A DNA stretch of 64,000 nt from Octopus bimaculoides. Lineage: Eukaryota. The notes under the pieces were generated by a model. It saw only the letters and a program-made list of their open reading frames with translations. It was not told the origin of the DNA and searched no databases. The stretch's first letter is position 1. Every line of letters begins with the position of its first letter. Shown here piece by piece: positions 14,678-27,410 of the stretch. The stretch spans positions 55,281,424 through 55,345,423 of the forward strand of contig NC_068993.1 in assembly GCF_001194135.2 (NCBI RefSeq). The letters are read 5' to 3'. The translations under genes were made by a program, and so were the position numbers.

Positions 14678-14716
14678 TCTCCTGAAGCTTAGTCGCTAGA
14701 CTAAAAATATGTTGGA
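14678..14716 (+). ncRNA. Decayed hammerhead-like motif
   Basis: TCTC-CTGAAGC-T-TAGTC-gcta-GACTA-AAAA-TATGT-T-GGA: perfect 5-bp stem II in hammerhead order, but both core segments are mutated. Confidence 0.3.
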
Positions 14717-14724
14717 AAAAACCA

Positions 14725-15185
14725 CGTTCAGTTAACTATTACCTCTACTGGTAACAAAGGCTTATGTCCTCCAAGTGAAGGACAGATTGTATGTCACTTG
14801 AGTATGAGGTATGAAGTTACATAGTAGCAACACATAAGCCTTGAATGCAGATGGTTTCTTGAAGAGTGGGAGGAAACGAGGTGAACATGCTCCACCGGAT
14901 GTGTAATGTTAGAATTGTGTAATGAAAAGTAAAAGTGAGCCGTGAGAAAAAACGAACATAAAAGAAATGAGATGTGGTGTGCAAGACATAAAGGCTGTAT
15001 AAATCATGTATAAATCATATATCGGTACAGGTATGTGACTCACGTAGCTGCGTCAGCCTTATAATGAAGGGCCTGGTGCTCAAATGAAGGCTGGTCTCAA
15101 AAGGCTGAACCTCACAAAGGTGTTGATCAGTCACTGTGGAATTCTGTACAGGAGAGAATAGGAGAACCATGCAAGCATGGAAAAT
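14725..15185 (+). mobile_element. Degraded RTE LINE C-terminal fragment
   Basis: LLPLLVTK...VKDRLY...RNEVNMLHRMCNVR...RCGVQ, homologous to the elements at 10940 and 44305. Confidence 0.65.
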
Positions 15186-17469
15186 AAACTTTTGATTGGG
15201 GGTTGGTATGTATAATATCTTCATTTGGGTCCCCCCTCCTCATTATGCTCTTTATTACACACCAGACACACACTTTTTCACTCTCCTTTCTTTCTCTCTC
15301 TCTCTCTTTCCTATTAGTCCCTCCTCCCTCTCATTGACAGCCAATATTTTCTTTCTTTCTCTCTCTCCCATTCTCTCTCTCTCTCTTACTATCATCCATC
15401 ACTCTGTCTCTCTCCTCCTCTTCATCTGAACTCTCTTCCCTTACCCTCTCTTTCATCACACCCTGTTTATCTCCTGTCACTCTCATTATGATGCCATGCA
15501 GTGTACTAAACCAGGATATGTTCATAAATATCATCTTTGATCTCATCCTCATTCTATGCGCTATTATGAGCCCACATGAGAAACCTAGTGTACATATTAC
15601 CAAGGAGATCTTGAAACTTCTTCTTCATAACCCAGGTTTTGACTCCACATGTCCTGGAGAAGGCCAGCATTAGGATAAAGATAAAAATCATTCCTGAGTA
15701 ATATAGATTCATAGGGTCAGTTTTCTGGTTTCTGTGGCATTTATTTATTTTCCCCTGGATGGGATGCCACTCCATCACAGGGTTACTCGCTTTTGTCAAC
15801 TTAGTGAACTGGATCAACGTGAAATGATGTTTTTTGCTCAAGAACACAACACATCATCTAGTCCAAGAATCAAAACCACAATCTTATGATTATGAACGCA
15901 ATGTCCTTAATGGCTTAGCTACAGCACACTATAAAGTGTGGCTTACCTTTTTTATGGTACTGTGAATGGTTCTTCAAATGTGGAGCCACCAGTTTTTTCT
16001 CAGAATTTGTTTGGGAATTTATAATTATTTTATGCAGACTATGAGACTGGGTGAGAACATTGATTAGAAGGCTTTCAATCTTCTCCATCTATGCCAGGAA
16101 AAGCAAGAAATGTAAGATCCAACCCGTAAACCAGGTCAAGCTTTAATTACATGTACCAATATCTAATCATGAAAGGTGATGCAGCTGTTTATGACAGACC
16201 CAAAATAGATGGAGGAGTATACTATTTTTAGCTGCTAGTTATCTATGTATAGTTTATTGGTCAGTATTACATCAGCACCTGGTTGGTGAAGTAACTATCT
16301 ACACTGCTTCCTCTCAACTGGCAGGTATAATAACCCATATACTGTATGTATATACTAAATATACACATTATATCCTTACTATATCTAATCAGATATTAGC
16401 TAAAAGACAAAAATCTGTCTATCTCTTTGTCTGTGAACACAAGACTGTAAATGTTCTTCTCTTTAATGATTTCCATTGATCTGTAACTTAAAATAAAAAG
16501 GGAATAACAGAAAAAATAATTTTTTCAATTTTGAGAAGAAATGTTCATCTGGATAAAAAAATGCACAAAAGGACAATTTTACTAAGATATTTTACCCCTA
16601 AGATATAAATTTTAAAACAAAATTAAATTTTAAAAACCATAATAGATTCAAAATTTAGTAGATTACAACTTATGTTGATATATTTATGTTATATTTGTAT
16701 TACACTGGTGACTTAAACAGAGTTCCTTAATTTATCAGTTGGCATTTATTAACAACCATTTAATACCAGGTAGGCTGGTATCCACAAACGAGTGTAAATG
16801 TCACTATTCTTCACACAAATCAGCTAATACACCTTTCCAAATACATGAACTGAAGTCATCATCTTTCAGAAAAATCAGTGCTTTAGACCTGTTGCATTGT
16901 GTCGTTGGCAGGCTGTGTCATCAGATGTCATAAGTATATTATAGTGTTTTATCAATGCTGCTATGGTAGACGACAACAACAACAGCGACTTTATACAAAT
17001 ACATTTTGTCCATTATTCTTCTTCAACATATGTGTGTGTGTCCACACACACACACACACACACACACACATGCCTGCCTTCTTATTTCTTTATTGCCCAC
17101 AAGGGGCTAAACATAGAGGGGACAAACAAGGACAGACAAAGGGATTAAGTCAATTAAATCAACCCCAGTGTGTAACTGGTACTTAATTTATCGACCCTGA
17201 AAGGATGAAAGGCAAAGTTGACCTTGGCAGAATTTGAACTCAGAACGTAATGCAGACAAAATACCACTAAGCATTTCGCCCTACATGCTAACGTTTCTGC
17301 TAGCTCGCCGCCTTTTCAATTTCTGTCAACCAAATCTGCTCATAAGGCTTTGGTTGGCCCAAGACTGTAATAGAAGACACTTGCCCAATGTGCCATGCAG
17401 TGGGACTGAACCCACAATCATGTGGTAGGGAAGCAAGCTTCTTACTGCAGCCACACCTGCGTCTGCGTA

Positions 17470-17900
17470 GGATCATTTCTGCCATGCATAGGATCAATAA
17501 CTTTTCTGTCAACCAACACTTTGATCAAGCATGTTGCAAGATATATTTAAGGTTGAGGACATCGCTTTGAAAGGTAATCAATAAAGAGAATAATTCATCA
17601 GAAGTAAATACACTGACGACATTGACATTAATTCATTGATAGTTCAACTTCCTGCATTTCAGGTATCTTATAAGAGAGGCTTTTGTTAGTTGTCTAACTG
17701 ACTTCATAGAATGTATAAATGAAAAAAAAAAAAAAAAATCTGAAAGCAAGCATTTAATATTAGAGATTTATAAAATCTGCCAACTTTTACTGGTAAATCC
17801 TGAAATATCTGCTGCAGTTGAACGAGCATTTTCTCTAACAAAATGATTAATGACATAACTTCAGTCAATAATGATAAAAGTAGATTAAATTATCTGGCTA
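17470..17900 (+). mobile_element. hAT transposase C-terminal (dimerisation domain) relic
   Basis: HFDQACCKIYLRL...KVINKE and IYKICQLLLVNPEISAAVERAFSLTK*LMT*LQS, matching the hAT LLVxPATSAxxERxFS motif. Confidence 0.55.
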
Positions 17901-18405
17901 TATTTTCAGATCATAAAAAAAAAAAAAAAATGGGTTGGCAAAATTAATCTGAAAGCAGTTGCTGCTGAATTTGTTTCCTAAAACGAGAATAGGCAGATTA
18001 TAGCGAGTGGAGTAATAAAGTTTCATTATTATGTCGTTTCCATTCTTAAGAATGGCATTCTGTAATTGCTTTTTTTTTTTTTTAGTTATATATACATTAT
18101 AAGATTCAATCAAGGCATTCTAAATCTCGTAGTCATAAAACATTACAGACCACAGTGTGAGAGAAATCATGTATTTTATTGTGTCTATAAGCACAAGGAT
18201 TTTCTTTTTAACTCTTTAGCATTTAAACCAGCCACATCCGGCCCAAATCTTCTGTCTGTTTTGTGTTCAAAATGGCTAGGTTTGGGCTTTTACACCTACC
18301 CTACAATGTCATTCTAAAAATAAACAATCATATTATCAAAATCTCAAAGATAATGCATGATTATTTCAAAATTAAGTGAATAAATAAGCTCTACAAGTGA
18401 CAAGT

Positions 18406-18790
18406 GGAGGCGCAATGGCCCAGTGGTTAGGGCAGCGGACTTGCGGTCATGGGATCGCGGTTTCGATTCCCAGACCGGGTGTTGTGAGTGTTTATTGAGC
18501 GAAAACACCTAAAAGCTCCACGAGGCTCCGGCAGGGGATGGTGGCGAACCCTGCTGTACTCTTTCACCACAACTTTCTCTCACTCTTACTTCCTGTTTCT
18601 GTTGTACCTGTAATTCAAAGGGTCAGCCTTGTCACACTGTGTCACGCTGAATATCTCCGAGAACTATGTTAAGGGTACACGTGTCTGTGGAGTGCTCAGC
18701 CACTTGCACGTTAATTTCACGAGCAGGCTGTTCTGTTGATCGGATCAACTGGAACCCTTGACATCGTAAGCGACGGAGTGCCAACAGAAC
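18406..18790 (+). mobile_element. Full-length tRNA-derived SINE (family A); further copies at 44034-44305 and 45896-46110
   Basis: Head GGAGGCGCAATGGCCCAGTGGTTAGG...GGTTTCGATTCCC with Pol III A and B boxes. Three near-identical copies in the window. Flanked by a target-site duplication. Confidence 0.9.
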
Positions 18791-19758
18791 AACACATGTG
18801 ACAAAGAAATCTGAATGCTTAAGGGTTGATATTAATTTACATTTAAAGGCAACAAGCTTGCAGAATTGTTAGGTGGACAAAGTGTTTAGCAGCATTTATT
18901 GGCAGCTTTGTGTCCTGAGTTCAAATTCTGTCGAGGTTGACTTTACCTTTCATCTTTACGGGGTTGATAAAATAAGTACTTGTCAAGCACTGGGATTGAA
19001 GCTGACTAGCCTCCTCCCCAAGCATTTTTTCAGGCCTTGAGCCAATTGCAGAAAGAATATTAATTTACACTTAAAGGTGGTGAGCTGGCAGAATTCTTAG
19101 CACCCTGGACAAAATGCTTAGTGGCTTTTATTCTGGCTTTGTGTTCTGAGTTCAAATTCTGTCACGGTTGACTAAAATAAGTATCAGTCTAGCACTGAAT
19201 TCAGTGTAATATGTAATCAACTAGCCTCTTCCTCATCAAACTTCAGGATTTGGGCCTATAATAGAGAGAGCGTTAATTTACATTTAACCCTTTAACATTT
19301 AAACTGGCCATATCTGACCCAAATATTCTTATTTTATGTTCAAACCAACCAGATCCAGCCTCCCACACCTAACCTACAATGTCATTCTAAAATAACCAAT
19401 CACATCATCAAAGTCTCAAAGCTACAAGATATTGCATGATTAATTCAAAATGATATGATTAACAAGCAATACATTTGACAGAGTAAACTGAATGCCAAAG
19501 GGTTAGACACGATTCCAATGCTGTCAATGGGCCTCTTGCCTTCTGTCTTTTCTACATTCATATATAACAAATGACACATAATGCCCACCAAAACAAAAGT
19601 CAAGAAGGCGAATGCTTTTTCACAAAGTTTAAGCACACACACACAAGAGCATACACGCACATGTGCACATGCACACACACACACATGTGCACATACACAT
19701 ACTTACTCCCACACACAAATTGCAGACACACACACACACTAACGACAGTAGTTTTCAC

Positions 19759-19901
19759 TGTAAAACAAGCATTTTGGAAGGAGAAAATATTGATAGTTCT
19801 CATCATCATCATCATCATCATCGTTTAACGTCCGCTAAACGATGATGATGATGATGATGAGAACTATCAATATTTTCTCCTTCCAAAATGCTTGTTTTAC
19901 A
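19759..19901. repeat. Near-perfect 143-bp palindrome (69/66-nt arms, 8-nt loop)
   Basis: 19759-19827 is the reverse complement of 19836-19901, apart from one extra CAT unit in the left arm. Confidence 0.95.
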
Positions 19902-21188
19902 AGAAAATAATGCTGTTGAGAGTAGTTTTAGTGATATATTTAGCTAAAGCAACAAAAACAACAAAACAATACTCACACACACACACACACACACACAGAC
20001 AGAGTCTATTTCTTAATGAAAGAAATTTGAGCTGCATATCAACTTTAGCTTTTGCCTTGCAATTGATAAACTTTAGATAAAGGGCATTTAGATAAAGGAA
20101 GGAGTGCATAGTAGCATTATGCCATCTGAAATAAAAAAGGTGTTTTCCAATATGAAGCCATCAGAAAAGCACAAGGGCTTTCCAAAAAATGGTGGAAGCC
20201 CACCCTTATCAATATGGGGAAATCTCCTACGCAGGGTAATATGTTGTTTGTTGCTTTTAAATATGTCGTTTTTTAAAACTGAAAATAGAAAAAGCACTGA
20301 TTCACTTTAGATAAGATGAGTTAGTGCTTTGCACTTTAATGAGAGTGCGAGGAGATAAGCTGAGTCAGTTTATTGCACTACTTGGAATAAGGAAACATAA
20401 GGTTACTTTTGAAGCAGAATATGGACAGGTGGTCAGTGTTGATGTGAAGTTTGGTGATTTTTAGGCTGAAAAGGGCCTCTGTTGATATACAAATTCGCAC
20501 GACACCATAAAACTCCAAAATGTTCCTGAAATTATGTCTGTAGTGAGTGGTCAGACAAAGGCTTTATGACAGATCTTTCATAGTAGAAAGCTTAAGGGCT
20601 ACATATATGGCAATAAAGATCATTTAAGGGCTTTTTGTGCAGGAAAGATAGGAAAGTTAAAAGAGGGAAAAACAGCAACATTAATAGCAGACCGTATGGC
20701 TTGTTATTCCTGGGCCATCCCTGGGGGAAGATCTGGAAACATTGAATGAAAACACCTTGTTCTCAGGTCCAAGAGCCAATTAGAAAGCTGCGAGGCCTTC
20801 TCTCCCCCAGTTACAACCAGCAGCATCACCCCTTTAGTGAATGACAATGAAGAAGAGATAGAAAATGAACAAGAGTGGTAGACTGCTAGAGACAGCCAGA
20901 AAACCCAAGAGAAAGAAAATGCTGCACCCCCACACCAAGTTTCTTCCAAGAGAATGAGGAAGAGCTTATCTCTTCTGCATCATGAGGAAATCCATAGTTT
21001 TGTACTCAACAAAGAACTGATGGCAGATATACAGGATCTACATGACCTTCTCCAGACAAATTTAGTACGGATTGGAGAAGAAATAGGCTGTGGAACCTGA
21101 GAAAAACTCGGTGTTAATAAAAAAATCTCTTCAACAATTCTTCAAAGAACTTTACCATCACCATGATGTGAGCCTTTCTTGGCTCACA

Positions 21189-21272
21189 CCCAAAATTGCT
21201 CACAGGGATCTTCTTAACCCCAAAATTGCTCACAGGAATCTTCCTGACCCCAAAATTGCTCACAGGAATCTT
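21189..21272. repeat. 30-bp minisatellite, about 2.8 copies
   Basis: Unit cccaaaattgctcacagg(g/a)atctt... starts at 21189, 21219 and 21249. Confidence 0.9.
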
Positions 21273-22444
21273 TGAAAAGAGCAATTATGTAGACAAGACC
21301 AGAAAAGTGGTGGTAGAGAGAAAGGATCAGAGTCGTAGAAAGTCCTGTTTTAAGCCAGTTGTAGGTTCCTTACTCATGTGTGAGTGAATTGCCCGATCTG
21401 TGTTTCAGTTTATGTTTTAAATTTAAATTGTATCTAGTTTTAATTATTGAGTTTTTTCTGTAATCTTATATTATTCTGTGTTTTAATCTGTATCAAATTC
21501 TAAATGTACTCATTGTACATTATCCTAACCATCCATGTTTTTTTAAAAACTTTGTCTTGTCCAGCATTAAATGTTTTTGTAACCCTGTATTTAACATTTT
21601 ATTCGAATGTATATATGGGTCCCTGCGACCTATAAAGAGATCACCATTTTTATCATTGTCATCGTCATCATCATCATCATCATCATCATCATCAATATCT
21701 GCCATGCACTCCTTTTATCTAAATGCGAGGTAAGAGCTAAAGTTGATTTTGTCATTCATCCCTTTGGGGTCGATAAAATATAGTACCAGTCATGTACTGG
21801 GGAGGATACAATGATTTAGCCCACTCTCTGTATTCAAATCCAACCAAAATTGACTTTGCCTTTCATACCTTTCATCATCATCATCATCATCATCATCCAT
21901 CATTATTATCATCAATGTTTTAACATCTATTTCTCTATTCTGTCCTAGATTAGACAAGTCTGCAGTGGAGTATGCAACTCTGGAATATATTCTGCGAGAG
22001 CCACTGTCCTGAATTCTGGGGCCACTGTTTTACCTAACGAAGAATAAGGTTAATACCGGCAATACAGTCTACAAACTTATTTCCTTGGGCCAATGTGGGA
22101 GGTGAAAAAAAGCACCATTTTACACTGTTAAACTGCTGAAGATTATGTATTTGGATATTGTCATACCATGTTCTTGACAATAATTTCTGCTAAATTGTTA
22201 AGTTTAAAGAAAATAAAAATAATAAAAAAGAAATTTTTAAACATTTTTGGTGGAATATGAGGACATTGCAAGGGAAAGGCATCCATTGTCACAACCAATC
22301 AGCTTGAATCAAGTGAAAATGGGGAAATTTATTGATGTGCTAAACGAAAGAAGAGTAAATGATGTATATTTTAGACTCTTCCGGAATACATGAAGAAAAA
22401 GGTCACAGATAAATCAATAAAGAACTAATATTGAAAATATATAA

Positions 22445-22519
22445 ACCGTTGTTGTTGTTGTTGTTGTTGTTAATGGTGGGATGGTAGACTTGCTGCTGCT
22501 GCCACTGCTGCTACTACTG

Positions 22520-22551
<32 letters not shown>

Positions 22552-22895
22552 GGTGATGTTGATTTTGCTACTGCAGTTAGAGTTAGTGGGGATGGTAGTC
22601 TTGCTCCTGATGCTGCTGGTGTTGTTGTTCTTGGTGGTGGTAGTCTTACTGCTGTTGCTGTTGTTGATGGTGGTACTGGTACTATTGCTGCTGCTACTGC
22701 TGCTGCTGTTGTTGTTGTTGTTGTTGTGGTTGTTATTGGTGGTGGTGGTGGTGGTGGTGTTGATTACAGTTGCCATGATTATGGTGGTCTCATTACTGTT
22801 GTTGTTTTTGTTGTAGGCAACACTGGTGCTAGTAGTGGTGGTCATGTTGTTGTTGTTGTTGTTGTTCATGGTGCTATTATCATTACTGTTGTTGT
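22445..22895. repeat. Compound trinucleotide tract (GTT/GCT/GGT)n
   Basis: Visible directly. It produces the poly-L/V and poly-N/T/S ORFs. Confidence 0.9.
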
Positions 22896-23843
22896 ATAAC
22901 TTCCCTCCTCCCCATCACCTCAAATCAACCAGTCCTACAGCATGAAGCTGAATGATAACACATGCCCTGCATATCCATCTTCCCACTGAGACACTGCTTA
23001 GCTAAGGACCATACTGCACACTCTAAATATTCTGCTCAATACCACAGATTTGCTTGTCAGTTGCTTGACCAGTTGAGCATGTCCCTTAGTGGCTGATGAT
23101 GTGTGCATCTCTGATCACGAGCAGAAGTAGTAGGGGAGCCATGTGTTGAGAGGAATTCTTTAGGGTTTGAATGATTCACCTTTTGAAACAAGGGTGTTTT
23201 GTTCATCGACCTTAAACAACCCTTATTCAGGGACCTTTTGAGCGGGATGGGCTACTCGACGTGAAGAAAATTCTAACTGGGCCTCACCTGCAAGTTCATG
23301 TGCTGTTTATCTTGATATGAGATCACCATATTGCGCACATATGGTTGTGATGCATGTGCCTGGTGTACTCTTGCCAGTGTACTCTTGCCTGGTGTACTCT
23401 TGCCAGATGGGTAGTCATGATGGGTATATTGGGCTTTGTATATTTTACCCCAGTGTCACTTTGATGGTATGCCTTGCTCTCTCATTTTGGGGGAGGGGGC
23501 TAGTCGATTAGATTGACTCCAGTATGCAACTGGTACTTAATTTATCTACCCCCAAAAGGATGAAAGGCAAAGTTGACCTCAGCAGAATTTGAACTCAGAA
23601 TATAAAGACAGATAAGATGCTGCTTCACATTTCGCCTAGTGTGCTAATGATTCTGCCAGCTCGCTGCCTTAAACATCTGCTTAATAATCCTTTCTACTAC
23701 AGGCATAAGGTCTGACATTTGAGGGGATGGGGAAAAACTCATACTTATTTCATCGACCTTGAAAAGATGAAAGGCAAAGTTGACCCTGGTGGAATCCACC
23801 AGCTTAATAATGAAAGAATTATTTTACTAAATTCTTTGTTATA

Positions 23844-24282
23844 GGCGCAGGAGTGGCTGTGTGGTAAGTAGCTTGCTTACGAACCACATGGCACTGGGTT
23901 CAGTCCCACTGCATGACACTCTGGGCAAATGTCTTCTACTATAGCCTTGGGCTGACCAAAGCCTTGTGAGTGGATTTGGTAGACGGAAACTGAAAGAAGC
24001 TCGATATGGGTGTGTGTGTGTGTGCGCACGTGTGCATGTGTGTGTGTGCGCGCGCGCGTGCATGTGTGTATGTGTGTGTGTCCATGTTTGTTTCTCCCAC
24101 CATCGCTTGACAACCGATGTTGGTGTGTTTACGTCCCGTAACTTAGCAGTTCGGCAAAAGATTCCAATGGAATAAGTACTAGGCTTACAGAGAATAAGTC
24201 CTGGGGTCAATTTCTTCAACTAAAGGCGGTGCTCCAATATGGCCACAGTCAAATGATGGAAACAAATAAAAGAATAAAAGAA
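23844..24282 (+). mobile_element. tRNA-headed CORE-like SINE (family B) with internal microsatellite; copies at 25813-26284(+), 40025-40388(-), 59180-59478(-), 17325-17462(-, head only)
   Basis: Head GGCGCAGGAGTGGCTGTGTGGTAAG...GGTTCAGTCCC, then tgggcaa(g/a)tgtcttct, a central TA/TG tract and a gtaaaaga-type tail. Several aligned copies. Confidence 0.85.
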
Positions 24283-24687
24283 TTATTTTCAAAAATTAAT
24301 TGCCACAAAATTAGTGGATTTTGACAAGAAATATTGTAACAAAAGGGATAAGTAGGGCTGAATTTGATGGACAATAAGTGTTTGTGAGTGTGAAGGTGTC
24401 TGGATATGATGAAGTCAGCAGGTCTTGTAGAGGGGATGGGGAAGGTTCTGTAAGGAAAATGTTGTAAGCATAGGTATGGATTTTGTTGCAGTGGTGTTGT
24501 TGTAGTTGCAGCTGTGTGTACTGGTGGTCGTGGTAGTGTTGTTGTTGTAAGGATAGTTCCAAGTTGGGATATGGTGATATGGTGATAGTGTTGTTGCAGT
24601 TGTACTGACAGTTGTAGTGATGGTAGTAATGATGGTGGAAGCGGTATAATAGTGGTGGTTGTAGTGGTGGTGGTGGTGGTGGTGGTG

Positions 24688-24918
24688 NNNNNNNNNNNNN
24701 NNNNNNNNNNNNNNNNNNNNNNNNNNNNNNNNNNNNNNNNNNNNNNNNNNNNNNNNNNNNNNNNNNNNNNNNNNNNNNNNNNNNNNNNNNNNNNNNNNNN
24801 NNNNNNNNNNNNNNNNNNNNNNNNNNNNNNNNNNNNNNNNNNNNNNNNNNNNNNNNNNNNNNNNNNNNNNNNNNNNNNNNNNNNNNNNNNNNNNNNNNNN
24901 NNNNNNNNNNNNNNNNNN
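24688..24918. other. Assembly gap (231 N); 10-N gaps also at 5008-5017, 6257-6266 and 42824-42833
   Basis: Runs of n, each adjoining simple repeats on at least one side. Confidence 1.
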
Positions 24919-25988
24919 GGTGGTGGAGAAGGTGGTGTTGGTGGTGGTAACAATTTATTTAGGTCAAAGGTAACGAAGCTGAAATATCATATGGGAACTT
25001 AGAAAGTATTTCTGTTTATATAGATGTTGATAGGAAGAAGTAGGGGACATATCACATTCTTCTGTCTCTTGTCTTTCTTTAGTGTCCTATTTCTATGTTC
25101 AGGCTTTTATTTCATTTATTTATGTTTTATTCCTTCATTTATTCCTTCATTTATTTTTATAAGTAGCTGCTATAGTTGTTGTAGAAAAAGCAGAGAGAGG
25201 TGACAGAGATTGGGTTATGTTGGCAAGCAGTCTTCATTCCAATCGGTCAGGTGGTGTTTCTTTCTTGAAAAATGTCAATATGTGTTACAAGAGCAAGGTG
25301 GTAAGGTAGCAAGGTGGCGGAACCATTAGCACACCAGACAAAATGCTTAGCTGCATCTCTTCTGTCTTTACATTCTGAGTTCAAATACCCTCATGGTCAA
25401 TGTTGCCTTTTTATCCTTCCTGGGTTGATAAAATAAGTACTAGTTGAATACTGGGGTTGCTCTAATTGACTTACTCCCCCCCCCCACCACTGAAATTACT
25501 GGCCTTACTATACCAATAACATCATCAACAACAGCAACAATTGTAGCTGTTTCTAATTTACACAAAATCCCAGTAATTTTGGTAGGGGAGGACGTTTTTG
25601 AGGGGACAGGACTAGTTGGTCTCTTCAACTTTCAGTTCTTAACTGGTGCTTATTGACCTTGTAAGGGTGACAGGCAAAGTCAACCTCGATGGAATTTTGA
25701 ACTCAGAATGTAAAGATGGACGAAATGCCCCTAAACATTTTGTCTGGTGTGCTAATGGTTCCACCAGTTTGTCACCTTTTGTCATAATATTGATAAGGAG
25801 TTGCTGTGTACAGGTGCAGGAGTGGCTGTGTGGTAAGTAGCTTGCTTACCAACCACATGCTTCCAGGTTCAGTCCCACTGCGTGGCACCTTGGGCAAGTG
25901 TTTTCTACTATAGCCTCAGGCCAACCAAAGCCTTATGAGTGGATTTCATAGAGAGAAACTGAAAGAAGCCCTTCGTATTGTATATATA

Positions 25989-26077
<89 letters not shown>

Positions 26078-26731
26078 TTGTTTGCATGTCTGTGTTTGTC
26101 CCCCAACATTGCTTGACAACCGATGCTGGTGTGTTTACGTCCCCGTAACTTAGCGGTCCAACAAAAAAGAACGATAAAATAAGTACTAGGCTTACAAAGA
26201 ATAAGTCCTGGGGTCGATTTCTTCGACTACAAGTGGTGCTCCAGCATGGCTGCAGTCAAATAACTGAAACAAGTAAAAGAGAGTGAAAAAGGTATCAATG
26301 AAATTTTTTCATATTTGCAATCAGGATGACAAATGAGAAGAACAAAAAGATGTAAAATATGAGAGTTTAAGTAGAATCAGATGTTTTAAAACAAATAAAA
26401 ATAATGCAAAAGAATAATATATATTAAAAAAATAATAAAAAAAACATGAAGTGATATACGTGGTATACAACATTCTTTTCTACTCTAGCCACAAGGCCTG
26501 AAATTTTGGTGGAGGCGAGTCAGTCAATTAGATCAACCCCAGTATACAACTGGTACTTAATTTATTGACTTCAAAAGGATGAAAGGCAAAGTCGACCTCG
26601 GTAGAATTTGAACTCTGAACGTAAAGACAGATGAAATACCGCTGAGTATTACCACCCGGCATGCTAACGTTTCTGCCAGCTCGTCACCTTACATGGTATA
26701 CAACATTAAAAAAAAGATGATGGTGGTGATG

Positions 26732-26800
<69 letters not shown>

Positions 26801-27034
26801 ATTCAATCTTCCTGATACAAGACATGCTTATGTCCCCAAAACTTAGTGGTTCGGCAAAATAAACCGATAGAATAAGTACTAGGCTTACAAACAGTAAGTC
26901 CTGGGTTTGATTTCTTCGACTAAAGGCAGTGCTCCAGCATGGCTGCAGTCAAACGACTGAAACGGGTAAAAGAGGAATTCATTTAAATTATTTCAGGTGT
27001 AAAATTACTGCAGATTGTAATGCATAAACATTGG

Positions 27035-27410
27035 TGCAAGTGTGACTGTGGTTAAGAAGCTTGCTTCCATGTGGTCTCAGGTTCAGTCTCACTGCATGGC
27101 ACCCTGGGTAAGTGTCTTCTACTACAGCCCTACGCCGATGAAAGCCTTGTAGGTGGAAACTGAAAGAAGTTTGTTGTGTGTGTGTGTGTGTGTATCTTTG
27201 TTGTGAAACGTGATGTTTGTAAATGATCTCATGTTATTCACTTCCAGTCTACCATGAAAAACATGCCATACCTAGCTTGGAAGCAGTTAAAGAGTTGGCA
27301 ACAGGAAGGGCATCTGGCTGAAGAAAACCTGCCTCAGCAAATTCTGTCTGACCCCTCTGCAAGCATGGAAAAGTGGACAATGATATTGATGATGATGATG
27401 ATGATGAAAC
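27035..27410 (+). mobile_element. Family B-headed SINE with RTE-derived (GAT)n tail; copies at about 48905-49325(+) and 59480-59915(+)
   Basis: Same head as family B, but the 3' end is caggaagggcatc...gtagaaaa...ccatgcaagcatggaaaagtggac...gatgatgat, homologous to the RTE 3' end. Confidence 0.7.

Noticed and set aside
18406-18478. tRNA-like sequence with A and B boxes (also 44034, 45896)
   Set aside because: Continues directly into a shared SINE body in all copies. It is a SINE head, not a tRNA gene.
21189-21272. Regularly spaced repeats (also 51264-51445, 36420-36520) superficially like a CRISPR array
   Set aside because: Head-to-tail tandem units without unique spacers, in a eukaryotic context with no cas genes.
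22414-22869. 151-aa and 111-aa ORFs (poly-N/T/S and poly-L/V)
   Set aside because: Translations of a compound trinucleotide repeat. No splice or homology support.
24249-25002. 234-aa and 116-aa ORFs
   Set aside because: They span a 231-N gap and GGT repeats.
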